From Camelus dromedarius (lineage: Eukaryota): DNA of 64,000 bases. The notes beneath the pieces were generated by a model, which had not been told where the DNA came from, ran no database searches, and saw nothing but the letters and a program-made list of their open reading frames with translations. Below are positions 36,401-48,068 of the stretch, piece by piece. Both the position numbers and the translations under genes were made by a program. Within the stretch, counting starts at the first letter, position 1. The number at the start of each line of letters is the position of its first letter. Location: positions 38,690,001 to 38,754,000 of the forward strand of contig NC_087447.1 of NCBI RefSeq assembly GCF_036321535.1, in the 5' to 3' direction.

Positions 36401-39107
36401 GCCCAGTCCTGATACGGGAATATGTTTCCTGTGGCTACTCTGATGGAATACCCATATTCAGGTTGTTGAAAGGAGTGTTGTGTGAAAATTTTGGGAGGGA
36501 CTCAGGGGTGGGAATCACCTTTGAAACACACATCAAAACCACAAAAATGTCCATATCCTTTGCATTTGTAATTACCCTTCTGGGAATCTCTTCTAGCAAA
36601 ATAATACCAAATAAGGGGAAACATTTTATGCAAGAAACAGCTTTTACTCCATTAATCATCGTAATGAATAGCAGATCGAAAAATTTTAATATCTTATCAG
36701 GGTCATGATTAAGCTTAGGTAAGTGTAACATGAGGAAGTTTTCCTATAAACTGGGAGAGAATTCCTAGGAACAGGCTGGCCATGGCATTTTATTTTCGGA
36801 AAAGTGTGTTGAGAACCCTTTTAGCTTCTCCCGTGGCTCAGAACCCATTAGGTGCTAATAAATATTTATTGTTAATAAAGAAATGATGAAAATAGTTTAT
36901 GAACAGGTGACTAAGAATATGGAATAATTAGTTATTAAAAGATACTTGTTTGTACGGTATTGATAAGGAACCTTCTCAGGAAAACACGTCTTTATAATGA
37001 GGCTTTCTTCCTTTGATTGGCAGACTACTACCTAAACTACTTGATGCATATGGGCCTTAAATTAAAACTGCTTTGTAAAGCAATCGTATTCTAAATTAGC
37101 AGCTTGAATTTTAGTACAAGTACTATGCTTAAAATTCTGCCAAATTTGAGTGCTGAGTCTGTGAGGGGGTGTGGTTTGAGGTGCTAGGGGTACAGCAGCA
37201 AACAAGATGGACCAAAAGCCCTGCCTCGTGGAACTTACAATTTAGTGGTGGGGGCAAATATACTCAAGTCAACAAGTAAAAGAGATAGCATGTCAGGTGG
37301 CAATAAAGGTAACAGGAAAAAAGGGAGGAGAGGGATAGGGAATTTAGCTCAGGGGTAGAAGGGGGAATGAAGTTTCAAATAGGCGATGGGGTGCCCCCCG
37401 CCCCCTCCAGGACATCTGAGCCAAGACCTGAAGGAGGAGGGAGAAAGAGCCAAGAAGCTGGCTGGGCCAGGAGCATTCCAGGGAGCAATGCGTTTCCAGC
37501 AATATAACTTGAAAGGATTGGTGGATTACTTCTGGACAGGCAGTCTAGCTGCTGCATTCCTTGTCACTTTCAATTAACCATGAGTACACCCAGCTAGCTC
37601 ATCAAAGAGACTCCCCTGCCTCTCCCTTCTGGCAGCCGGGGACGGATACCCGGGTTGGTGCCAAAGCCGCCACGCTGGACCAGCCGCCACCGCTGGAAGC
37701 AGAGGAGGCAGCCCCACCCCCTCCTCCTTGGGTCTCTGCCGGTGGTGAGAGCTGTAACCCTTACCCTCCCTGTCCCCAGCAGCCCCATTCCCTGCCCACT
37801 TCGTCTAAAGGGGCATTAACGTTTACTATTGCTCCTTTTGTACCTGGTGAGGCTGTGCTCTGAGGAAGGGCGCTCTCATTTAGAAGCAAAATCACCCACT
37901 CTTGGAGTCCTTTGAATGCAAAGAATGTCATCTTTCAAATTTTAAAAAGTATTAGGATTCTGTTGTGGATGCTAAGTCCTCGAAGCTGTTATATTTGGAG
38001 TGAGGGTGTTAACAAAGAAGTATATCTGAATATTTGTTCATTGCTATGTATATCTAAATTACATTGGCACTTGTAGTTTCTGATCACCTGCTCCTGCTCT
38101 AACTGATGACTTGCTGACTCTTTGCCAAGCCTGTGGATAATAAAGCACAATTACAAGGAGGATGCTGTAAACTCCATGAGGGCAGGACTGTATCTGTTTT
38201 TCTCACCATTATATCCTCAGAGCCTACCTTAGTGCCCAGCACATAGGAGACACTCAGTAAATGCTGATGAATAAATGCATGACTCCACAGATGACAGCTT
38301 CGGTGCAGAGAGGAAAGACTTTTATGCTAGAGTGGGAGGGGGCAAGCATTGAGACCACAAAGTCTGAAGTTGGAGAGGTAAGATGGAGCATGAGCTATGA
38401 TTCCTCCCCCTCTGAGATCCTGGGCACCCAAGGGAAGTGTACATTTAAGCCCAAGGGCAGGGGAGGGGTGGGGAGATGAGTGTGAGAAAAATCACTGGCA
38501 CAGGGCCCCTTCTGCTCCCAACCACCCACACCTCCCCACCCCCGCCAAACCCCCACAGGTGTTGGATTACTTTGGTCAATTTACTTAGCCCCTTGGAGAC
38601 TAAGTTTCATCACCTGTAAAACGGGGATAATTCTGACTTTACAGGATTGCTGTGAAAATTAAGTAGGCTAATGAATACAGAGCCCTTGGCACAGAGACTA
38701 CTACGATAAACAAGCCATGATAGACCCTTACTGTTTCACTGATGTGAACACTGAGGAGCAACGTACGTGGCTGGGAGCCGGGATCTGGAGCCAGGCTGCC
38801 AGGGCTGGAAGGTATCACTTATAGGAGAAAGGTCTTAAGAAAGTTACTGAATTGCTCTGTGAAACAATCTCCTCATCTGTGAAAAAGAGGACAAGGATGC
38901 TTATCTTACAGTACTGCTCTGAGGATTAAGTCACTTAATAAATGTAAACCACTTAGAACAGTACTGGCAAACCAGCCTTATCACTGTGGCTTGGCGTTTT
39001 TCCTGTGTGTTTCCCACTTCCATCCCTCTAGGGCTCTAACGACAGATATGTTGATGGGATGATGGGGGAGTTCATGTTGGATGGCCTGGGTCCACGTCTC
39101 ATTTCAA

Positions 39108-39297
39108 TACTGGTTCTGAAACTCACATGTGCATTGGATTCCCCCTGAGGGCTTGCTGAAACACAGGTCGTGGGAGCCCCACCCTCAGAGCTTCTGATTC
39201 AGTAGGTCTGGGTGGGGCTTGAGATGTGGTATTTCAAACAAGTTCCCAGATGGTGTGGATGCTGCTGATCCAGAGACCACACTCTTGAGAACCACTG
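39108..39297. mobile_element. MER5A (hAT-Charlie), near full length
   Basis: Termini t(a)ctggttct...ttgagaaccactg; internal ttctgattcagtaggtctgggtgggg and aacaagttcccagatg. Confidence 0.88.
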
Positions 39298-39609
39298 GGA
39301 TGTAACAAGAAAGGATGTCAGAAGCTCCAAAAGAAGAAGGATGCACAGAGAGATAGGAGTCTTGGAACCATCCCAAAAAGGACTGAGTTATAGGCACTAG
39401 CAGAAAGAATAATTTGTTCATTTACTCATTCAACAAACATTTACTCACTGCCCGCTGTGAGCAGGGTCCTGTATTCAACTAGTTACAAGGACCAAGATTT
39501 AGCCAAACAGTGAGTTAGAGAGAACTACCAATTTAATGAATTAAGACAGACAACATCAAGAAGCCATGTCCCCACTGGCCCAGCTCAGGCATTATTTTTG
39601 TGTGTGTGT

Positions 39610-40120
39610 TAGAATATATATAACATGAAATGTACCATTTTAACCATTTTACCATTTTAACAGACACAGTCCATGGCATTAGGTATATATGTTGTACAAG
39701 CATCATCACCTCTACCTGTAGAACTTTTTTCATCTTCTCAAACTGAAACGCTGTACCTGTTCATCAATAATTCCCTATTCCCCTCTCCCCCACAGGCCCT
39801 GGCAACCACCACTCTACTTTTTATGAATTTGACTCTGTAGCTCATACAAGTGGCATAAGACAATATTTGTGTTTTGTGCCTACTTATTTCACTTAGCATA
39901 ATGTCTTCAAGGGTCATCCATGTTACAGCATGTGTCAGAATTTCCTTCCTTTTTAAGGATGGATAATATTCCATTTTAGGTATGCACCACATTTTGTTTA
40001 TCCATTCATCCATCAAGGGATGTTTGGGTTGTTTCTGCCTTGTGAATAGTGCTGCTATGAACATAGGTGTCCATGTATCTGTTCCAGCCCCTGCTTTCAA
40101 CTCATTTGGGTATATACATT
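39610..40120 (-). mobile_element. LINE-1 3' end (L1MB-like)
   Basis: ccctggcaaccacc, tttcacttagcataatgtcttcaagg.tcatccatgtt, gtgctgctatgaacat; the ORF 39738-40181 translation is a decayed ORF2 C-terminus. Confidence 0.9.
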
Positions 40121-40439
40121 CAAGCACCATTTTAAAGCAGATCAGTTTTGTTTGAGTGAACATTAAGGTCACACTCCCCATCTCCCACCTGCTACCTTTT
40201 CCCTTGTTAGAACTTTACCCCTCCTGTCAGTCAGGTACCCAGAACTCTCAACTGCCTGAATCTCATAAATCACCCACACCTCCAGGTAAGGTAGCACAAT
40301 AAGAACAAGGAGAATATATTTTAGTGCTTTATGGGCTGAATGCATGCATGAATCTGCCTTTCCCTATAATGACAACCGTGCTGATGAACTATCCAAACAC
40401 CCCGATGCCGGGAGCTTGTTCAGTGCTATAGGAAAGCCA

Positions 40440-40680
40440 TTTGGTTGCTGGGATCAGACACCTGATAGAGAAGCCTGGCCTATTTACTAGCCCTTTAGGC
40501 ACGTGATTTAATCTTTCTAGTTTCAATTTTCTGACCTATAAAATAGAGATAATGATTCCTATCTACTTGGTTGTTTGGGGAATTAAACTAAGATAAAAGA
40601 AAACTAATTAAGGTAAACCAAGATAAGGTAAAGCACTTAACCCAGTGCCTGGCATATGATAAGTACCCCACAAATACTGG
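40440..40680 (+). mobile_element. MIR SINE
   Basis: tttcaattttctgacctataaaatagagataat...gtaaagcacttaacccagtgcctggcata. Confidence 0.7.
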
Positions 40681-41860
40681 CCATCCTCAGTGTTGTTCCT
40701 GGGTAACGCCTTCAAATACATGCCAAGAAAGTTCCTGCCATCTAGGTCCATACGAGGACATGACAATGAGCATGGAATTGACAGTCCCACTAGGCTAGAA
40801 TCCTAAACATTGGAGATTTTATTTTTAAATCACAGGATTCAAAGTTATAATCTAGTCACAAAGGGTTAAAAGATGTCTTTGGATGGGGAAGATTATTTTA
40901 GGGGGCAGGGTCCTCTGTGGAACCCACAAATTATACCAGAGGCCCCAGCAGCCAGTTACAGGTGTTACGTTTTTTTCCTTGAGTTTTTTTTTTTCCCTCT
41001 GAGATTGCAAATGCCAGATAAAAATGGATTCCAGAACAATGGAAAATTGAGATGAGAAATGGTTACAGCAAATTTGGCCAGGCCTCCTCCTAGGATCGCC
41101 CCAGTCCTTCTGGGACATGTTCTGACAACTCACTGGCCTCTAAGCCTCTGAAAGGGGGTGATGTTCCCGCCATTTCCCTTGGAAGAATATTCCACGGTGA
41201 AATATGACTCACTGTCAGGGCCCTTGCCTTTGTGATTCCCTTTCTTCTCCTGACCCACTTTCGTCTTGCTGTGCCCTTTTGTACAAAGTCAAACGAAGCC
41301 TCCCCTGGAGGAAGCGGCTCTGCGCAGACTGACATTTAAAGACCATTACCACCTCTTAAACTCGGCCCTGTTCATTTGGCCAAGCAAAGCATGTTTAATT
41401 CTTTTAATCTTCCCTCATAAATCAATCTCTTCGTTCCCTTAATAGTCCTTCTCCTGTGCTTTGAACTCCCTCCAGTCTGGCCATCCTAAGCCCTTGTTCC
41501 CTGTACACTTGAGAATTGCCAGTCAATCACGAAATGGCTGCGCAGGAAAAGCAGTCGGGCCTCACCAGGGTTCTGGGCGCTCTTACCACGCCGGACTGTC
41601 TGCTGCCCAGAGGCGCCCAGAGCCCCAGGAAAGCCCTGCCTGGCGGCCTTCATGCAGACTGGAGGCATTTGCTGCCTGCTCCGTTTGGGTCTTTCCATGG
41701 ACCTGGCCCGTCTGGCCCACGGTCAAGGGAACTGCACGGACGCCGCCTCAGACACTGGTTCCCCTCACCCCCCTCTACCTCCTCAGTACGTTCACCTTTC
41801 ACTTGGCATCTACCCACCAGGGTGACAAGGGTCCCTGGCAAAGCCCAGAAGGGGTCTTAC

Positions 41861-41967
41861 CTGGAAGGTCCCGGCGTGGTCTTCCTCCTTATCCCCCTCT
41901 CTGTTCTCTTTGAGGGCGATTAACGTGAATCCTCTGAAGTAGGAGGGAGGGGCAGCCGAAAGGGTCA
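41861..41967 (-). CDS. SPON1: Spondin-1 coding exon 2 (reeler domain)
   Basis: Not in the ORF track. Polypyrimidine acceptor ctttcttctctcaccccAG|TG and donor CAG|GTAAGA. The 107 nt complete the phase-1 codon (G+TG = V) and read VTLSAAPPSYFRGFTLIALKENREGDKEEDHAGTFQ, continuing F-spondin. Exons 1+2 total 345 nt = 115 codons, ending in phase 0. Confidence 0.97.
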
Positions 41968-42371
41968 CTGGGGTGAGAGAAGAAAGCAGATGATAAGCCT
42001 AAGAATCAGCTGCCTTCCATTTGTCAAAATGAGAAACGTGAGTTCCCCATCAACATCGCACACCTGTGGATGGGAGGGGCGCGGACAGCGGGAAAGGCTC
42101 GTTCTGCTGAGTAGTGAACTTTCACCCTCTCCACCCAGTTCCCTCTCACATTTCAGAACCTTCAGGTGTTTACACCCTAACTGCAGTCTCACTTGGGAAT
42201 TCTTGAATCCACCAAGACTGTGATAAGCTCTTACTCCCAGCAACCACAATTTGATAAAAATAGTCCCTTGTCAGCAACTCCAGTCTCAACAGTTATCTAA
42301 TGTTACTCTTCCACAGATTGGCCCAAGAGAAATCCAGCTGCTCACAGCATAAACTCCTGTAGGATGTCCTT

Positions 42372-42770
42372 TGTGGCAGAGACTGCTGTGGGTTTTCCAA
42401 AACACGTTTCCTATTTCTTGTGGGTACTTAGCTAGAACACCTTCCCAGCCTCCCTTGACTGTGCCCCAGTCCTGCCAGTGGAAAGTGTGGACAGACATGA
42501 CGCATGCTCCTTCCTGCCTGTGGCGCATGCAAACTTTCTACCTGATTCTCCATTCTCCCTCTCCCATCTCTGCCTGCTGAATGCAGGGGAGAGGACTCTG
42601 ATGCCCCAGGAGAAGGACAGTAGAACTACAAGATGGAACCTGGGTTTCTGAATAACCACACAGATAATCACTCATGGACCAGAAATATCCATCTTATACT
42701 TTGCATAAAGTGGAAATAAACTGATATTGTGGGGGACTATTTGTTACAGCAGTTGAAGTTATGAGCCTAC
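42372..42770 (+). mobile_element. MaLR LTR (older MLT1 type)
   Basis: tgtggcagagactgct...agaactacaagatggaacctgggtttctgaat...gaAATAAActg...atttgttacagcag. Confidence 0.65.
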
Positions 42771-43558
42771 ATTAAACTCTTCCTTCCCACATCTACCCAG
42801 AGAACTAGATATTCAAGGAAATCCAGCTCAAGGATCTTCTTAATGATGTTCACCCCTCTCTTTGTGTCTCCAATCTCCTGAGACGGAAATCCCTTCTTAC
42901 AATTTTCACACTGGACTGCAATTCTCTTTTACCAGCCTCTCCACTGGACTATGAGTTAACACCGGAGAACTGGGTTTCAGTTCTCTTTGTACCATTATCA
43001 CCTAGCACAAAGCCTGGCATCTAAGAGACTCATTTCAACTTTCTTGAAACTGATATAAATTGAGGTTTAAATTACGTTACTGCCTACATTAAAGCGCTAA
43101 GGTTCTTTAAACATAAAATGATAGACTATTAGAGCTATGCTAAGAACCCTCCATTTCAGCCTTCCAATTCCACAGATAGGAAACAAAGACACAGAAATCT
43201 CAACAGACACCCTCTAAGTAGAAAGACTACCCAGGGGCAGACTTAGGGCCCGGCCCCCTTCCCAGTTTAACACTCCACCCATTGTTATATATATATTGAA
43301 TATATTTATCATAGTATGGGTATTCCACAAGTGTTGACTACATTTTCAAATTTTAAAAATTAATTCAGGGAACCTGTAATACTTCTGTGATTCTAATAAG
43401 CAACTCCCTGTTGGGGAGGGGTATTTAGTCTTCTAGTTTCAGTCCTAAAAATGAAACATCTCAAAAATCCAAAAATTAAAACCACCATCTGGGATAATAG
43501 CAGTGGTCCATGAACCACCGACAGGACATCTCAGAGAAGACTTGGAGACACAAAGACT

Positions 43559-43608
43559 GCCCATCTCCTGTTGTGATTGGTCAGCCCATCTCCTGTTGTG
43601 ATTGGTCA
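43559..43608. repeat. Perfect 25-bp tandem duplication containing a CCAAT box
   Basis: gcccatctcctgttgtgattggtca at 43559-43583 and 43584-43608. Confidence 0.95.
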
Positions 43609-43949
43609 GCTCATCCCACAAAAGTAAAGGAGCATTCCGATTGGCTACTGATGTCTGTAAGAGATCAGATAGAAAGGAAGAAAGGATGAGGAAAAAAAAG
43701 CACGAAGTAAAGAAGAGTAAGAAATGATGGTTATGAAGTCAGGAGAAAGAGCTGGGATCTCTGAGGCACAGACAGACAGCCCCACAGCAGTCTGAGGTTA
43801 TCTAGGCTGGAGTGGGGTGGCCTTCAAGGTCATTCTACACAATTCTGGAGCAAGGGGACCAGAGGACAAGAAGTAGACGGAAAAGGTGCTCTGCCCAGAT
43901 CGCCTTAAATTCCTCTTTACCATTGTAGTGTTTGTTGATTTTGTTTACT

Positions 43950-44155
43950 CTTTAAAAAACTAGCTCTTTGTTTGATTGATTTTTTCTATTTTTTTAAAAT
44001 CTCTATTTTATTTATTTCCTCCCTGATCTTTACTATTTCTTTGCTTCTGCTGACTTTAGGCTTTGTTTGTTCTTCTTTTTCTAATCCCTTCAGGTGGTAG
44101 GTTAGACTGTTTATTTGAGATTTTTCTTGTATGGGGAGAGGGCCTGCATCACTAC
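43950..44155 (-). mobile_element. LINE-1 ORF2 internal fragment
   Basis: tttatttcctccctgatctttactatttc...ggttagactgtttatttgagattttt is the reverse of the endonuclease-RT linker region. Confidence 0.75.
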
Positions 44156-44935
44156 GTACTGCTGGAACGTGACCCTCGTGCTGATGTGCCTTTGCTGTGG
44201 CTAAGCCAGCACCTGTGGCTCATTCCTGTAGGACTGCTCCAGCTCAGGTCACTGGAGTCTGCTCTGCCTAAAATGAAAGGCTGAGCTCCCTTGCATCAGG
44301 TGAGGATGATTCTGAGGGGTACCTGACATCTCAAAATGGCCCTGCAGGAGCAGAGCTCACCTGGGGTCACAGCCTGGCAAGGCTTCTTCCTCCCCAGCTC
44401 ACTTCTCCACTCCGTTATTGGCTTCCCCTGGGAGCACTTCTTTAACAAGTCACTTTCACCCAAATCCTCAGCTGAGGATTTGCTGTGGGTTAAATTGTGT
44501 CCTCCAAAAATAGATGTGAAAGTCTTAACTCCAGGTTCCTGGGAATGAGACCTTATTTGGAAACAGGGTCTTTTCAGATGGTATTAGTTAAGATGAGATC
44601 ATCCTGGATTAAGGTGGCCCTAAATCCAAGATGGCCAATGTCCTTAGAAGAAGAGACTCAGAGACACAGGGAAGAACGCCAGGTGAGGACAAAGGCAGAG
44701 ATTGGGGCAAGGCATCTGCAAGCCAACGCACAGCAAGGACTGTCACCAGAGGCTAGGAGAAACCCCCTCCAAGCCTCCAGAAGGACCCGACTCCAGTGAT
44801 ACATTGATTTCAGACTTTTAGCCTCCAGAACGGTGAGCAAATACATTTCTGTTGTTTTAAGCCACTGATTTGTGGTACTATACACAGAGTCCCTAGGAAA
44901 TGAATATTTGTTTCCGGGGAACCCAACCTAAGACA
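44156..44935 (+). mobile_element. ERVL LTR (LTR16/LTR33-like) interrupted by an MLT1 LTR
   Basis: ctgggagcacttctttaacaagtcactt...aatcctc, then resumes after the MLT1 as tgtttccggggaacccaacctaagaca. Confidence 0.65.
44481..44907 (+). mobile_element. MaLR solo LTR (MLT1A/B-like)
   Basis: tgctgtgggttaaattgtgtcctccaaaa...gaccttatttggaaacagggtc...ttctgttgttttaagccac...taggaaatgaata. Confidence 0.9.
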
Positions 44936-45472
44936 GACAGTCAGCCTCTGCCGCACAGTCACTGCCTCAGGCTACAGCTCAAACTCCATAGCCTGAAAGG
45001 CCCGCAGACTCTGCCTCCCCGGGGAGCTTCACCAACCACATTTCCACTCCCCACCCCTCTACATTTCAGTCCTGGGACTCACTCCCTGGCAGTTTCCGGA
45101 AAAGCCATATTCATTTCACCCTACATTATTATTTATTTCCATACACTTTTCATACGGCTGGTATGTTCCACCTCCTCCTTCCCTGGCAAACTTCTTTAAA
45201 AATCAGCTAAATTTCACCTCGTCTGTGATGTTTCCTCTGACTTCCCCATCAAGACCTGGATGCTCTTTTTCCTTGGACCTTGTTAAGATTAAAAACATCT
45301 ATACGAGTGGCATAAGATCAGCATTTACCTTAAAGCATCAGGGCAAAGCATAAATGAATTAATGCACGTAAAGTCCTCAAAATCATGGTTGGCTTATAAC
45401 AGACACTTAATAAATATTAGCTCTTATAATTAGTGATGATCAATAAGGTAATGACCACATTAAATCATATTT

Positions 45473-45929
45473 AAAACATTTTTTTATTGAAGTATAGTTG
45501 ACTTACAATGTGTTAGTTTCTGGTGTACAGCACAATGATTCAGTGATATATATATGTATGTTCTTTTTCATATTCTTTTTCATTATAGATTATTATAAGA
45601 TATTCAATATAGTTCCTTGTGCTATACAGTATAAACTTGTTGTTTATCTATTTTATATATAGTAGTTCCTCTCTGCTAATCCCAAACTCCTAATTTATCC
45701 CCACCCCCTTTCCCCTTTGGTAACTGTAAGTTTGTTTTCTATGGGAGTCTGTTTCTGTTAGGTAAATAAGTTCATTTGTATCATTTTTTTAGATTCCACA
45801 TGTAAGTGGTTATCATACAGTATTTTTCTTTCTCTTTCTGGGTTACTTCACTTAGTATGACAATCTCCATGTCTATCCATGTTGCTGCAAATGGCATTAT
45901 TTCATTCTTTTTTATGGCTGAGTAGTATT

Positions 45930-45974
<45 letters not shown>

Positions 45975-46088
45975 CTCACATCTTCTTTATTCATTCATCT
46001 GTCAGTGGACACTTAAGTTGCTTCCCTGTCTTGACTATTGTAAATAGTGCTGCTATGAACATTAGGGTGCATGTATCTTTTTGAAACG
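45473..46088 (-). mobile_element. 5'-truncated young LINE-1 with TSD
   Basis: L1 3' end in reverse (ttttattgaagtatagttga...); exact 13-bp TSD ttaaatcatattt at 45460-45472 and 46089-46101. Confidence 0.93.
45932..45972. repeat. (TG)20 microsatellite inside the L1
   Basis: Perfect dinucleotide run. Confidence 0.97.
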
Positions 46089-46101
46089 TTAAATCATATT
46101 T

Positions 46102-46222
46102 TTTATTTTATTTATTTTTTAATTGAAGTATAGTTGATTTACAATGTTGTGTTAATTTCTGATGCACAGCATAACTCATATATACATATATATTCCTTAT
46201 TATATTCTTTTTAGCCTATAAT
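46102..46222 (-). mobile_element. Short LINE-1 3' tail
   Basis: ttttaattgaagtatagttgatttacaatgttgtgttaatttct. Confidence 0.8.
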
Positions 46223-46319
46223 GAAAAAGAATATTAAATTATATTTTGCATGTAAGTATTTGTTTTCTTATTTGTAAGTCCTTCAAAGACAAGAACCACA
46301 TGTGCAATTATATTTACTG

Positions 46320-47895
46320 AATCATGTTCATGGACTGGTAGTCTCAGCGTTGTAAAGTGGTCAGTCCTTCTTAAATTGATGTATATATTTGGTGCAATCC
46401 AAATTAAAATCCCAGCATGTTTTTGTGATATTGACAAGCCAATTCTAAAATTTACATGAAAATGCAAAGGGCCAAGAATATCTAAGACAATCTTGAGACA
46501 GAAGTGCAAGCTTGGATGGCTTATACTACCAGATATTAAGACTTACGCAGCTATAGAAATTAAGCCAGTTTACTATAACAAGAAAAAAAAATAGGCCAAT
46601 TGAACAGTGTGAGGTCCAGATAAAATTCTACGAATATATGTAAACTTGGTTCACGTTAAAGAGGTACCACAGAGCAGTGAGGGAAGGGCGGAATTTTCAG
46701 TGAAAAGCTAGGACAGCTGGACAACCACATGTAAAGAGGTGACGTGGCCTTTACCTCACGTTATACACAAAATAAATTTCACATAGATTGTAGAGCCAGA
46801 AGTGAAAAGCAAAACAATAAAAGTCTTAGAAGTTGGCATAAGAGAAAACATGAGTGACCTTGGAGTAGGAGAGAGCTTTTAAACAGGACATTACACAAAC
46901 ACTGACAACAAAGAAGATATATAAATGGAGTGATATCAAAATTTTGCTGATCAAAAGACACTGTTAAGAAAAAGTAAGCCATAGTGTGGAAGGAGGTATT
47001 TGCACACCATATAACTAGAACATGACTTTTATCCAAAATATATAAAGAACTCTCTATAAGATCGATAAGAGAAAGATTAAGAAATAGGCAAAATACATGA
47101 ACTAATACTTCACAAAAGAAGGTGCCCAAGTGGCCAATAAACAGACGAAAAGGCACTCAACGTCTTTAGTCAATGGAGAAATAAAAATTAAATCCACAGT
47201 AAAATACTACTGCATTTCCACCAGATTGACTAATCTTAAAAGGATTAACAACATAAATGTTGTCAACTAGAACTCTCATACACTATGAATATACTGAAAA
47301 TGAGCGATTTTCCCTGGAAAACTGTTCGGCAGTATTTACTGAAGCTGAACATATATGTACCCTACAACCCAGTACTGCCAGTCCTAAATCAAGAAATCCT
47401 GGCATATGTGCACCAAAGGACACCTATAAGATGTTCATAGTAACATTATGTGTAACAGCATCCAACTGGAAACACTCAATGTCCATTGGCAGGGATGGTT
47501 ATATAAATTGTAGCCTTGTCATAGAATTGAAGGCCTTAGGGTAATGAAAATGAACAAATTGCTGCCACCTACAACAACATGGATGCTTCTCACAAACATA
47601 ATCTTGAGTGAAAGAAGGCAGATGCAAAAGAATACAAAAAGTATGATGATATTTATATAAAGTTCAAAAACAGGCAAAGTAGACTATGATCCTAGAGGTC
47701 AGGTTGGGGTAACAAGTGTGGGAAAGGGGAGGCAGTACTGATCTGGAGGGGGCACAAGGGGTGCTTCTGGAGTGCTGGTCATGTTCTATTTCTTGATCTG
47801 GGTGGCAGCTGCATGGGTGTATTCAACAAGTTATAATTCACTAAGCTGCATGATTTGTGAACTTTTCTGTATGTAAGTTTTATTTTGATAAAAAT
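46320..47895 (+). mobile_element. Ancient L1M ORF2 and 3' region
   Basis: aattctaaaatttacatgaaaatgcaaagggccaagaata...atatgtgcaccaaaggacac...acaacatggatg.ttctcacaaacataat; heavily decayed. Confidence 0.85.
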
Positions 47896-47905
47896 ATTAC
47901 TTAAC

Positions 47906-48068
47906 TTTTTAAAAAAATTTTTTGTGGGTTTTTTTGTGGGGGGAGGTAACTAGGTCTATTTATTTACTTGTTTACTTATTTTTTTTTTGTAATGGAGGTT
48001 CTAGGGATTGAACCCTGGACCTCATGCACGCTGAGCACGCACTCTACCACTGCACTACACCCTCCCCC
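47906..48068 (-). mobile_element. tRNA-Ala-derived SINE
   Basis: gggattgaaccctggacctcatgcacgctgagcacgcactctaccactg...ccctccccc, plus tail. Confidence 0.88.

Larger units (their letters stand above)
1..41860 (-). other. SPON1: SPON1 intron 2 (partial; continues beyond the window start)
   Basis: Starts at donor GTAAGA at 41860. I saw no sequence encoding the following F-spondin residues in 1-41860 (visual scan only). Confidence 0.8.

Noticed and set aside
39738..40181. 147-aa ORF
   Set aside because: Decayed L1 ORF2 C-terminus running into the 3' UTR.
41461..41923. 150-aa and 135-aa plus-strand ORFs
   Set aside because: Antisense to SPON1 exon 2 in GC-rich sequence, non-ATG starts, no recognisable homology.
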